Assembly (NCBI RefSeq): GCF_009914755.1
Contig: NC_060939.1
DNA length: 64,000 nt
Reading direction: 5' to 3' (one strand)
From: the human T2T-CHM13v2.0 reference genome, Homo sapiens
The translations under genes and the position numbers were made by a program. Shown here piece by piece: positions 38,717-51,191 of this stretch. The first letter of the stretch is position 1, and the number at the start of each line of letters is the position of its first letter. The notes beneath the pieces are model-generated. The model was not told the DNA's origin and made no database searches. It saw only the letters and a program-made list of their open reading frames with translations.

Positions 38717-39769
38717 CAGATTCCCCCATTCTTGAGAAGCAGATCTTGGCAGGGCCCTGTGCTGGCCCAGCCACCGTCCGCTTCTGAATAATTTCTCCGG
38801 CAGAAACTCCATAATTATGGATAATAACAATCACTCTGATTTGCATGTATTGAGCACCTTTCAGCCCAAGTTCTCCAAGTGCTTTGCCAACATTAATTAA
38901 TTCATTAGGCACACCCGCCTCCCAGGGACAGGGCGACAGGACGCTCCACCCAACTCAGCACAGCTGCCTCTGGAGTGCGCAGTGGGTGGCAGTCCCAGCC
39001 TAGGCTGTGCTGGGGGTTCTGGGGGTGGGGCTCTGAGAAGGAAGAGCCTGCAGAGTGGCCCCTCCAGCCCTAGGCCCTGCCTCTGGCAACCTCCTCAGAA
39101 GTCAGGGCTGCCCTTTGTGCCCCACAGTGCAGCGTCCTTGGCCTGGCCTATCAGAGGGCCACGGTGAGGGTAGGTCCGGTAGGCAGAAGATGGCCTAGCC
39201 CAGCTCTGCCCTCAGTCACTGAGGACCCTGGGAAATTCACAGGCTTCCACGAAACTCAATGTCTTTGCCTATAAGATGGGGCCTGGTGGTCTCCAGCTCC
39301 CAACGCTGTTGTGAAGCTTGAGGCAGGCCATGCAGGTAAGACACTTTTTGACTTATCTGGGGGCTGTGCACACAAAAGGTATGGCCTCTCCCTCTGCCAG
39401 CCACGTCTGTAGGGAAGGAGACCAAGCCACAGATGGATGCACAACTCCCTTGAGGCCAAGGCCCTCCTACTAGGACCAGACTGGAGCACAGCCAGGTCCC
39501 CACTCAGTTCGCTTCAGGAGCACAGCAACACCCCTCCCTCCAAAAGGCTCTTGGTACTCTGCTCCTGCCCATCCCAGGCCTGGCCCCATGCTGGCCTAGG
39601 GGAAGGGAGGTGACCCCAGGGATCTGATGGGGAAGGAGGAAGCTCCCCAGGCCAGGCACAGAGTCTTACTCAAAAGAGGGAACTCTGGGGTCAACAGGCT
39701 CCAGCCCCAAAGCAAGCTAAATATGAAGTCCTCTCTTCCAGGCCCTCATGGTAGAAATGAGGAAACTGA

Positions 39770-39970
39770 AGCATGGAGGGGAAGCAGCACAGGCTTTGGC
39801 GTCAGACCTGGAATTGAATCCTAGGACCAACATTGATTTGTGCTGTCACGCTGAGCAGGCCACTACCTCCCTGACCCCGCATTTCTTTATCTGTAAAATG
39901 AAATAATACACTGGGATAATGTGTGTAGGGTGGCAGGCACAGTGCTGCCTGCACTGTAGGGGCTTAGGAA
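39770..39970 (+). mobile_element. MIR SINE
   Basis: gcacaggctttggcgtcagacctgg..tgaatcct..tttctttatctgtaaaatgaaataata. Confidence 0.8.
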
Positions 39971-40764
39971 ATAGAGTTGCTATCATTGTTTATGTTACAG
40001 TTATACCTTCTGGTTAACACCTTCCCAAGGTCACAAGGAAAACTCCATAACCGGACCCCCACCTGCATTTCAGATATTTCCTGGGCACCTACTATGTGCT
40101 GGGCATTCTGCAGCCACCTCTCCAGCTCTGTGCCTTTGTCAGTGGCCCCACCCCACCTGGCTGCCTCCCTGTCTCCCCCACACTCCCACCTCCTTCCCGA
40201 TGCCACACATCTGCCCTTGATGTTTCCTCCTTCCTCCCGCCAGCAAAGCTAAATTCCCCTTCAATCTTCCAAAGGCTGATCCAGCCCAATGTGGTTTAAC
40301 ATTTAACTGCTCCAAAGTTCTTCCTCATCCTGACTCCTCGGTGGGAGCAGGGTCTCCTCCCCATCCTGTCTGGACAGTGTGGCTCAGCAAAGGCTTGCTG
40401 GTGGGAAGTAGGGGGGTGGCAGGGTGTTGAGGCCAGGCTAAGGCAGGGCTGGAGAGGCTAGAGAGCCTCAGCAACAGGGAGGGCATGGGCCCAGGTACAC
40501 GCAGAAGGGCCAGGCAGGCCCAGGCTAGACCCTGCCCCATCCAGCCCACTTTCTTCACTGCAGGGTCCTGATCTCTGCATCCCTCCTCCTGTGATCGCAG
40601 CAACTGACCCATCACATGTGGACAATGCTTTACAGTTATGGAGCCCATAACTCTCATTAAGGTCCACAAGGAAGACTGGGCCCAAAAAAGCTCGGACATT
40701 TTGACACCCACAGTCAAAAACATGTCCACACACAGAGGAATGACACAATCAAGCATGCATTCTC

Positions 40765-40920
40765 AGACATACACACAACACACACAATGACACACACTCA
40801 CAAATGTGTTTATACATGGTTTCACAATACACTGACATACAATGACAGACAGACACACACACACACACACACACACACACATTCCTGCACACAAGGTACC
40901 ATAAACATACACATACATAC
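40765..40920. repeat. (CA)n microsatellite with degenerate flanks
   Basis: Pure AC run at about 40853-40881. Confidence 0.85.
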
Positions 40921-42229
40921 CATCAGGGGAGGGCCAAGCCGGGGCTGGGAGCCCAGGCTCAGCAGCCCTGGTTGGTGAGGAAGTGAACGTGACCATTTTC
41001 CCGCATCTGGCGTCTAACTGTCTGGCTTTCAATTACTTCTGCACATTTTCATCGCAGTGTTAAGAACATCAACATGCTAACTTGAAAGACAATTGCAAAG
41101 GTGTCACTTTAGGAGAACGTGCTCAGGGGAATGACCCTGAACCACCATGCCACCCACTCTGCCTCCCTAGAGGGCACTGAATGTCCCCACGTATATACAC
41201 CCTGATACTCCACCGCCCCCCAATGCCAACGTGCACCACCTCGCACACAGACTCATCCATGTTCACACACTCATCCCTCAGGGACACCTTGGAGCTCAGC
41301 CTTGGGGAGGGGCCCCCACCTCTGCTGTGCAGGTTTCCCCACCCATACCTTCAGCCCCTACAGTCTGGGAGAGGCAGAGGGGCAATAGGAAATGAAGCCC
41401 AAGCCTGGGAAGGATCCCACAGTCTTTGGGCAAGGTTAGATGCTGGAGGCCCTACTGCCCCACTCCTTGGCCAAGCCACCCTGCCTTCCCCTCCCCACCA
41501 GTGTCAGTGTCCCTGATTCAAGGGCCACCTCCTCTAGGAGGCCTCTCTGGCTCCTCAGGGATCATCTTGGTTTGACATTTGAGACTTTGATATCTTTGAG
41601 ATGGGTTTTCTTGGGCAGTCTGCCGCAGGGGCCCAGGCTCTGGTCTGACAGGACAGAGAATCTGAGCCCCCAGAACAAGAGTGGCCAAGGCTGGGCTTGT
41701 CAGGCACTGACCATGCACAGGGTTTGACTCCAGCATCATATGGGGGGTGGTCCACTCAGCCACAGAAATACTGAGGTGGCTGTGGGAACACCACAGAGGT
41801 GGAGGCTGGGCCCCCACAGGCTCACAGGGATTCCTTTCCATTTTCCTGCCTCAGTTCCTTCATTGGTCGATGGGGATACTGTGAAGACCAAGTCAAGGTG
41901 TCTTTTAATCTAAAAATATTAATACCACGTAGATGTCATGGTCTCATGGTATTTTCCTTGCAGGGTTCTATTCCCTCCATGGACCGTGAGCCAGAAAGAT
42001 GTCATTTCAAGTCCCCAGATAAGAGGAGACTGGGTTGCGGGGACAGGGCAAAGAGAGCCAGCAGGGGCAGGGAGTTGTCCTAAGGGACAGATGGAAGAGG
42101 AGGAGGAGAAAGCAAGGCACCATAGGCCTCCTAGCTTAAGCAAGGGCTGGCTGGAATGCCCCAGAACAGGGGCTCAGTCCCCAGCCCTGGCCCAGGCGCC
42201 AGGCATAGGCCCCCCATAAGGAGCCCAAC

Positions 42230-42475
42230 CTCCGGCTCATTAGCCCAGACCTGCTCGTTAATCACCGTGGGCCGCCTTTCCCTGCCTCGGCTGTGTCAGG
42301 CCATAATAATATATGAAGAACACTCATTTATTCACCAACTTCCCACTCAGGAAAAATATATGACACTGTAGGAATGGATTTATCCTGACACCCAGCTTTC
42401 AGCAAAGTGAGGCTAATTTAAACATTTAAGTCAACAGCTCACCCCTCCCTCGCCTCCCAATTTTTGTTTTAATGG
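42230..42475. promoter_or_regulatory. candidate enhancer island
   Basis: TCATTA, GTTAATC, TGACA/TGTCA x3 (MEIS/TGIF type), GGATTTAT, CTAATTTAAACA, GTCAACA. Confidence 0.4.
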
Positions 42476-42979
42476 TGGGAAGGTGAAGGATGGGAGGGAG
42501 GTTGAAAATGTGCAAGCCTGCATGGTTCGAGGGTTAGAGGCAAAGGAAAGGAAAAGGGGTCTTAGCCAGGCTCCCCTCTGGTCTCTCTCCCACCATGCAT
42601 CTGGGCCTGTCTCTGAAATAAAATCAATGCAACAAGTAGGTACAGAAGAAAGAGCACTGGACTGGAGGTTGAGAGTCCGGCTTCACCCCTCACTGACTGT
42701 GCACCCCAAGGCGGGCGCTCCCCATCTGCAGGCCTCCGTTTCCTTTCCAGCTTCCAAAGCCAACTCACTTGACCTCTCTTGGGTATTTCCTCTACCCTGT
42801 GGCCCATCTGCAAGCTCTGAGAGGAGAATGGCCAAGACAGCCACCCTGGAAGAGAGAGACAGCTGTACCTGGGGCAGTTCAGAGCCAGCAGGGGCAGTCA
42901 GGGTGTGCTTCATGGAGGAGGCCAGGCTTGAGTTTGGGCCAGGAGGACAGCCAAGCCTCGTATTCTTGATGAGCACATT

Positions 42980-43205
42980 CTCTGGAATGAGATGCCTGGA
43001 CTCAAATCCCTGCTTTCCCATTTACTCTGTGACATTGGCAAGCTGCTTACCCTCTCTGTGCCTCAGTTTCCTCATCTGAAAAACAATGAGACTGCCTCCT
43101 ATATGGGGGTTTTGGGGGGATCAGATGGGGCCACCATCTATGAAAAGCCCCTCACACCATGCTTGGCACAGAGGAAGAACTGTGGCAATGAGAGGATCAC
43201 CATTG
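42980..43205 (+). mobile_element. MIR SINE
   Basis: ctggactcaaatccc..ctgtgacattggcaag..ctctctgtgcctcagtttcctcatctg..cttggcacagag. Confidence 0.85.
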
Positions 43206-43802
43206 TCGAGGAGGGGGCGGTCAGAAGCGGGGGGAGGAAAATAGTTGGGTGAGGTCCTGAATCTCCCCAGTGCTATCCCCACTTCAGCCTGGGCCTGTCT
43301 GAGGTGTTCCAGAGTGGGGTCCACTCCACTCAGCCCATAGGGAGCCCACAAGGCCCCTAACAGAGAGAGCACCTGAGACCAAACCACCCCACCCTCCCTG
43401 AGTAAGGAGTAAAATCAGGGCTTTCTCTGAAGACCTGGAAAGCACTTAACAGCAGGGCTGGCAAGTAAGTAGCAGGCACACAGGGGATGGGCATGTGACC
43501 TACGCAGATTAAATGCCCATGTGTGTGCAGCCACCCATGCACACGCACATGCATACCCACACACTACCTTGCACATTGCTTCCCCTTCCTTCACTGGCCT
43601 CTGGCTTGAGGTTACAAGCCCCCTGTGGCCCCTCAGCACCCTTGGGCCTGAGAGTGAACTGGCATGGAGGAGCGGTGTGGACTGGAAAGCTCTGCCCAGA
43701 TTGAAGGCTGGAGGGCAGCTGGGAGGGAGGCCAGGGGCCCGCAACGCCTGCTAACTCCCCAACTGCCAGAGGCAACTCGGTCCAAGTGGGCCTGAGGCAG
43801 CA

Positions 43803-43950
43803 AGCTGTGGGCAAGTTTCTCTCAGTTTCCCCACCTGAAAAAATGGAGCCAATTACACTGACATCACAGGGTGGCTGTCAACAGTAAGTGAGGTTGTATA
43901 TCGAAGCACCAGGACCAGTGCCCAGCACACCATAGGTGCTCAGCAAGCGT
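43803..43950 (+). mobile_element. MIR fragment
   Basis: ctcagtttccccacctg..cacagggtggctgt..agtgcccagcac..taggtgctcag. Confidence 0.75.
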
Positions 43951-44084
43951 CACCTTCACCTCGATGCCCCTTCCCCTAACTTCAGAAGTGCAGGGGAGCT
44001 GAAAGAAGTATTTGTCTCATGCCCAGCTGAGAAAGGAGACCACATTAGACAGTGACGCACTGGAGCCGGCGACTGGGGAGAAAG

Positions 44085-44500
44085 GTGCCAGTTTACATGG
44101 GGGCGTCTACCTCTCTGTAAATCTTGCTCTAATTGAGTGTCCTATTAAAACATGTTGATTGGTAATACAGCTGTTTTAATAAAAGAGTCCCTGTGTTATT
44201 TTTTAAAGTCATAAGTGAACAAACATGCTGAGCGCTCTGCCCTGGCCACGGCCGTGGGGAGCCTGGCACCTGAACCACACCTATAACCAGGGCACTACTG
44301 CTCACCTGGTGCCAGCCAGGGCCCACCCCGGAGGGAGGGGATGTGGCCCGGAAATAAACTGCCAGGTCTCAGAGCCCCACTCACCGCCTCTCACAGTGGG
44401 CCTGGGTGACGATTCTAAGGAGGCGGCTTTTTTTTCCTCCTTAAAAGACAGCGCGGCAATGACTCATGCCTGTTTCCCTGCAGCAGCCGTGTTTCTGGTT
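44085..44500. promoter_or_regulatory. candidate enhancer island
   Basis: GTTTAC, CTAATTG, GATTGG, CAGCTG, TAATAAAA, ACAAACA and AP-1 ATGACTCAT (44459-44467). Confidence 0.45.
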
Positions 44501-44741
44501 GTCATTCCACACACCTGATGACTCTCTCCTCCGTGGTGAAGGTAGCAGGGTGCCTGCCGGGGTTGGGGTAGGGAGGGGAGGGGAACATCTAACAGCCCAG
44601 GCTGAATATGGAGAGGCTCAAGGAGGTGGGAGACCAGGGGGCCTCTGGAGTGAGCCCAGCCACTAAGGGTGTCCAGGCTCCCGTCCCCCAGCCCCACCAG
44701 GCTTCAGTCCCTGTCTGCAAATGCAGGGGCTGAACCAGCAA

Positions 44742-45027
44742 CAGGGGTTACGAACTGAGCAGCAGAATGTTTTGTTTGGCCTGCTCAGTGGTTTTTTAAA
44801 AGATTAGAATCAGTTGCCAACTTTTGCAAATTACATAGGAATCTGGATTTCTGGTTTCTCTTGGAAAAGTTGAATCTGGCCACACAGGGCCTGCATTTAT
44901 TTCCACATGGGAGCAATCCGCTGGGGCTGATGGGTGGCCCTCCAGTTATCCACGGTCCTTATCAACCTGCTTTGCTCATTTCCAGCCCCTTTGCCTGGCC
45001 CCTGGGGCATCTGAGTTTGAGACCCAT
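44742..45027 (+). mobile_element. MER102-like hAT-Charlie MITE
   Basis: caggggtta..aact start, tgttttgtttggcc, agttgccaac, aatctggatttctgg..tctcttg, end tgcctggcccctg..gcat.tgagtttg.gaccc. Confidence 0.75.
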
Positions 45028-45204
45028 AGGCTAGCTGCTCACTGGGAGCCAGCCTCCAGTTCTGAGGTTCCAAATATCTAAATCTCCCCCTATGTCCTGC
45101 CTGGGGCTGGAGGAACTGGGACACAGGAGGAGGAATAAGTGAGTACATCCTGGGTGCTGGGAAAGGAGGTGAGGGTAATAGGACTCACCACTGGGCCCAA
45201 ACTG

Positions 45205-45276
45205 GGAATATGGCCAGAAACAGAAACTACAGAAATTTGCTAAAAAGCTTTATTTTGTTGTGATTGTTAATAAGTA

Positions 45277-45307
<31 letters not shown>

Positions 45308-46000
45308 GGAGACAAGGTCTCACTCTGTCACCCAGGCTGGAGTGCAGTGGCATGACCTCAGCTCACTGCAACCTTTGCCTCCCAGAATCAGGTGATTCTT
45401 TCGCCTCAGCCTCCCAAGAAGCTGAGACTACAGGTGCGTGCCACCATGCCTGGCTAATTTTTTTTTTTTTTGTATTTTTAGTAGAGATGGGGTTTTGCCA
45501 TGCTGCCCAAGCTGGTCTCGAACTGCTGAGCTCAAGTGATCCACCTGCCTCCCAAAGTGCTGGGATTACAGGTGTGAGCCACTGCACCTGGCCCAAGTAT
45601 CCATTTTTAATTCACATCTTTCTATTAAACCAAAAATTTGCTCCAGTGCATTGGGTGGGGCAATACAGGGACCCACCACCAAATTGTGAACACAATGCAA
45701 ATTGTGAGGAACAAGGCCACAGCAGCCCAGTCCACAGGCACAGGACCACTTGCAAGCAAGCAAAGGCTGTCCTCACAGTCTTGCTGATGGCGCAGAAGTT
45801 GGGACAGGCATTCTTTATTTTCATATTTGGGGACATAACAACCAGTTTAAAGGGCTGAGTTGTAATTGTTCAAATACACGTAATGGGCTAAAGGGCTTTT
45901 TTCTCCGTGACTGTGCTCCTTTGAGTTAAGATGTCTAGACTACAAATGCCATTAATCTGGTCCAAGTCAGGCACAGGACATTCCAGGTAACTCATCTCCC
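45205..46000 (-). mobile_element. L4/RTE-X-like LINE 3' relic split by an Alu
   Basis: With frameshifts the minus strand reads ..[40 protein letters not shown], resembling an RTE-X C-terminus. Confidence 0.5.
45279..45593 (-). mobile_element. Alu (AluJb-like)
   Basis: Long poly-T, full dimer, TSD core aagtatc on both sides. Confidence 0.95.
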
Positions 46001-47049
46001 ACCATAACTAAGTGCTCAAAGGAGAGATTCTGACAGGAGTTGCAGAAGAAAAGGCCCCAAGGGCTGGGGAGCCAAGGCAGCTTCTCAGCTTCAGGGACAT
46101 GGAGTGGAGTCCCCTCACTAGGTGTCTGTAGCCTCTCTGCAAGGCTCTCCTCTCCAGGGGAATGGCATCAGAAGAGATGACCCAAAGGAGCTCATTGAGG
46201 CCCTGTCACATGCCCAGCCCCTGGAGTCTCCATCCCTGGCATATAGCCTCTTTGAGCCTCAGTATTCCCATCTGTGGAGTGGACATGAGTGATGGAGTGA
46301 GGCCGGGATGTGATGTGCAACTCCACGCCAGGCCCTGACCCTTTCTGACCCCATGTCTCCCATCTCTAAAATGGGGCTTTATGACCTCTTGGGTCTTTTG
46401 AGGCCTAGAGTTTGATGATTCGGCCCTTAATTCACCCTGGCAGGTTTGGCTGCAGCCAGAACAGCCTGAGGCTTCCTGGTACTTGAGGGTGAAAGAGAAC
46501 AAGGAGAGGCAGAGGCAGCATTAAGCAGTCCTTGCTGGGGGAAGGCACAGTGGACCGAGGCGTGGGTAGAAACTGTGGCATGAGGACAGTGTGTGCAGGC
46601 CAGTCTTTCAGGCTCCTGGCTATGGTGGTCAGGTCTGGAGGGTGGGGCCATGGTACACACCAAGCACATGTGTTTGCTACGCTCAGAGACTCAAATGCAA
46701 GAGCAAAATACAGAGTCTCATAGCTCCAGAGGAGCAGGCCGTGGAGAGGCCTCCTCCAGGAAGCCTATCCTGACCACCTTCTTCCCTGGATTGAGACCAA
46801 AGACCCAATTCAATTCCTAGCCAGGCCCTCAGAGTAAGATGGAGTGAGGCCCTAAGAGGAGCAGATACCTGCCCAAGGCCACTTGGTGGCCCTGGGCAGA
46901 GCCAAGGCTCTCTGAGGAGCCCCCTAAATTCCTGGGCTTCAAGGCTAAGAGATCTGGATTAGAGAGGGAAAGCACACAGGGGTCGAGGCTTTGAACACCA
47001 GGTCTTTGGCCAAGCGGGACCACCCTCCACCCAAACTCTCAGCCTCCTA

Positions 47050-47365
47050 TCTATCTGGTGAATACTTTTCCACTTTCAACACTCAGTCCACAGATCACCT
47101 CCTCCATGAAGCCTTCCCTGACCCACCACCCGAGAGACAAACCACTTCCTCTTTGGGACCACCCGTGCCTGCCAAGCAGCCCCCCACACCTCTTCCCTGC
47201 CCCAGGGCTTTTGCTGCAATACATACTTACAAACCTACCTCCCTACAGGGCAGGGAGCTCCCTAAGGGACTGAGGCTGATTGCCCTCTGTCACCCCAGCA
47301 CCAGCTCCAGGACTGTGCCTGGCACGTAGTAGGTGCTTACCAGATGTCTGAGGAACAAATGGAAG
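47050..47365 (+). mobile_element. L2 3' end
   Basis: atcacctcctccatgaagccttccctgacc..gagctccctaagggac..gtgcctggcacgtagtaggtgct. Confidence 0.8.
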
Positions 47366-47439
47366 ACCAAAAATGAGGAGCCATCAGAGAACTGCCGAGA
47401 AAGGGAGGTGCCCACCCCGCCCTCGCCCGGCTGGTGGAA

Positions 47440-47635
47440 GATGCAGAATTAAGCACAAGTTATAATTAAGACGGGATGTTTGAAGAGAAACATAATCCCC
47501 GTTTCTGTGGGATCGGCGGGCACAACAGTAATTAACGTCTCATTAACATTCGCCTAATTAAGCAGTTTATGAAAGTGTAAGGATTTACATACTGCCACGC
47601 CAGGCTTGCTCAGGCGCCTCAAAATTAACCCCTCA
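47440..47635. promoter_or_regulatory. candidate homeodomain-cluster enhancer
   Basis: TAATTA at 47463, 47529 and 47555, TAATCC at 47493, TTTATG at 47566, further ATTAA cores, retained CpGs. Confidence 0.55.
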
Positions 47636-48669
47636 GGCCTGGGTGTGCCAGGAGGTAGAAGGCCAGCCTGGGGCCTGGAGAGGAGGAGGGACAGGGATAC
47701 AAGTGAGAAGGGGCTGGGGATGGGGATGGCCCCCTGACTCTGGGGACCCAGTACCTCCCCCAGCCCTCACCCATCCCCTCTCCCCAGTCACTGGACCAAG
47801 TCAGTTTCTCAAAAAGGACCTTTTACAAGGAAATGAAAGGCACTGGATCCCCTCTACCACCACTGCAGGCTTTGCCCACCCCCCACTGACTGACCCTCGA
47901 ATATGTCCCCATGCAGCCCCACTGCTCTGCCATTCTCCCAGGTGCCCACCCTTCCCCCATAGCTCTCCTCAGGGAACAAATCTTCCACCTGAGAGCACCT
48001 TTCTGGCTTTAGGAACTCTTACCTGCATTATCTAACTCAGCCCTCCAGCTCCCCCAGGGCTGCATCTGCATCATGCCCTTTCTATCCAGGAGGAGACAGG
48101 CTCAGAGAGGTCCAGAGCCTGCCTGAGGGTCCGGAGCTGTTAAGAGGCAGCACCCAGGGCTCTGTGATCCCAAAGCCCCTCCCACTTCCCCAGGCAGCAC
48201 AAACACCCCATTGCCAGCAAAAACACAGGGCTTCTGCCATGGGAAAAGGTGGCCGCTCATCCCCCCTTCCCCTGGACACTAATTAACCACCCTCCCCCAA
48301 GTCTCCTCAACTCTCAGCCCAGACACCTCGGCTGGAGCTGAGCTTGAATCAAAGTCACCTGTGACCATGGCGGGAGGCCTCAGTTCTCCAAAGGAGAACA
48401 AAGAAAGGGGCCTTTTAGGAGGGTGTCAAGGATCAAGTAACGCATTTTCCCCCACAGCACTTTGAAGCCTTGTGCACTGTATGCATTTTAGTTATTCATT
48501 AATTATCCCACTCCTGATCCCCACTCCGTCTGCGTTCATGCCCACCATATGTGCACCTGGGATGCCTGTCATCTCTCTGCCCCTTCCAAGGGCAAATTAG
48601 GACAACTTTTCTCAGTGATAATTTAGCCATATACATCAAGAGCCTTAAAAATGCTCATCCCCAACAAGT

Positions 48670-49828
<1,159 letters not shown>

Positions 49829-50514
49829 CTATTAACTGGTAGAATCCAAGCTCAGGAACTGGTAGCACCAGGCACCCCTAGACACAGGAATGAAAGACTG
49901 CTTGGAAGTCTGTATGAGAAGCAGACAGACCCCAAGGAGCTCCTTCTCTACCTCTGCCCAGGGAAGACTGGTAGTGAGTTTTTTCCAGTGGGGAGGATCA
50001 AACTGAGGGTCTCTGGCCTGGAAGGCACCCAGCCCACCCAGCCTGGGTGGAGAGTGGGGACCCATACTGAAAACTGAAGGAGTAGTTGAGTTTGTACGCT
50101 GAATTTCAGGTCCAGATCCCAGCCTTCCTCTCCCACTCGCTCCAGAAGAATCAGAGTCCTTCTAGGAGATGCTGTCATTGGGGCTTCCCTGTGAACTGGC
50201 CCAGGAAGATCAGCCATGGGGCAGCCATGGTTGACAGGCCCACCCCTGCACAAGGGACACCAGCCTTTAGCACCCCACTCCTAAATAGAAACAACCCACT
50301 GAACATCGTCAAGCATTTGGATGTCAGCTCCACCAGCTCAGGGACTTCTGACCATTTGTTCAGGGCTAGAGAATGGAGCTGGCACATAGGTGGTACTCAA
50401 TAAATGTTTGCTAAGGGAATTAACTGAGGGAATCTCTAATATGAAAGACAGAGTTCCAAACAGGGAAGCAAACAGAAACAAAAGTGCAATGTGAAAAAAA
50501 CAAGTGGCTGGGTC

Positions 50515-50680
50515 AGCCAGGCATGGTGGCATGCACCTGTAGTCCCAGCTACTCCAGAGGCTGAGGCAGGAGGATCGCCTCAGCTTGGGAGATAGAGGCT
50601 AGAATGAGCCATGACTGCACCACTGCACTCTAGCCTGGGTAACAGAAGGAGACCCTGTCTCAAAAAAAAAAAAAAAAAAA
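50515..50680 (+). mobile_element. Alu right monomer (FRAM/AluJ)
   Basis: agccaggcatggtggc..gaggctgaggcaggaggatcg..gaccctgtctc plus poly-A. Confidence 0.9.
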
Positions 50681-50831
50681 ACACACAAACAGAGAGAGAG
50701 AGAAAAGAAAAGAAATGGGCAATGCAGACAGAAGGAACTCAAAAAAAAAAAAACCTATCATTTTCCGCAAAAAAAACCCAAAATATGGTATCCATGAATA
50801 AGAACTGATTGCAATACATTTTAAAGAGAAT

Positions 50832-51191
50832 TGATATGATTTGGCTCTGTGTTCCCACCAAAATCTCACCTCGAATTGTAATCCCCATAATCCCCACGTG
50901 TCAAAGGCAGGGCCAGGTAGAGGTAATTGGATCATGAGGATGGCTCCCCCTTCATTCTCGTGAAGTGAGTGCGTTCTCATGAGATCTGATGGTTTTATAA
51001 GCATCTGGCATTTCCCCTGCTTGCACTCACTCTGTCCTGCTGCCTTGGGAAGAAGGTTGACTTCCGCCATGATTGTAGTTTCCTGAGGCCTTCCCAGCAA
51101 TGCAGAACTATGAGTCAATTAAACCTCTTTCCTTTACAAATTACCCAGTCTCAGATATTTCTTCATAGCAGTGTGAGAATGGACCAATACA
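50832..51191 (+). mobile_element. THE1 (THE1D-like) MaLR solo LTR
   Basis: TG...CA ends, tgatatgatttggctctgtg start, attaaa poly-A signal, perfect 5-bp TSD agaat (50827-50831 / 51192-51196), 360 bp. Confidence 0.95.

Noticed and set aside
38316-38912. Overlapping Lys/Glu/Gly- and Pro/Ser/Phe-rich ORFs
   Set aside because: Artefact of a stop-free polypurine tract.
44416-44443. Hairpin taaggagg-N12-cctcctta resembling a Shine-Dalgarno/anti-SD pair or terminator
   Set aside because: The context is eukaryotic, and one 8-bp stem is expected by chance in 64 kb.
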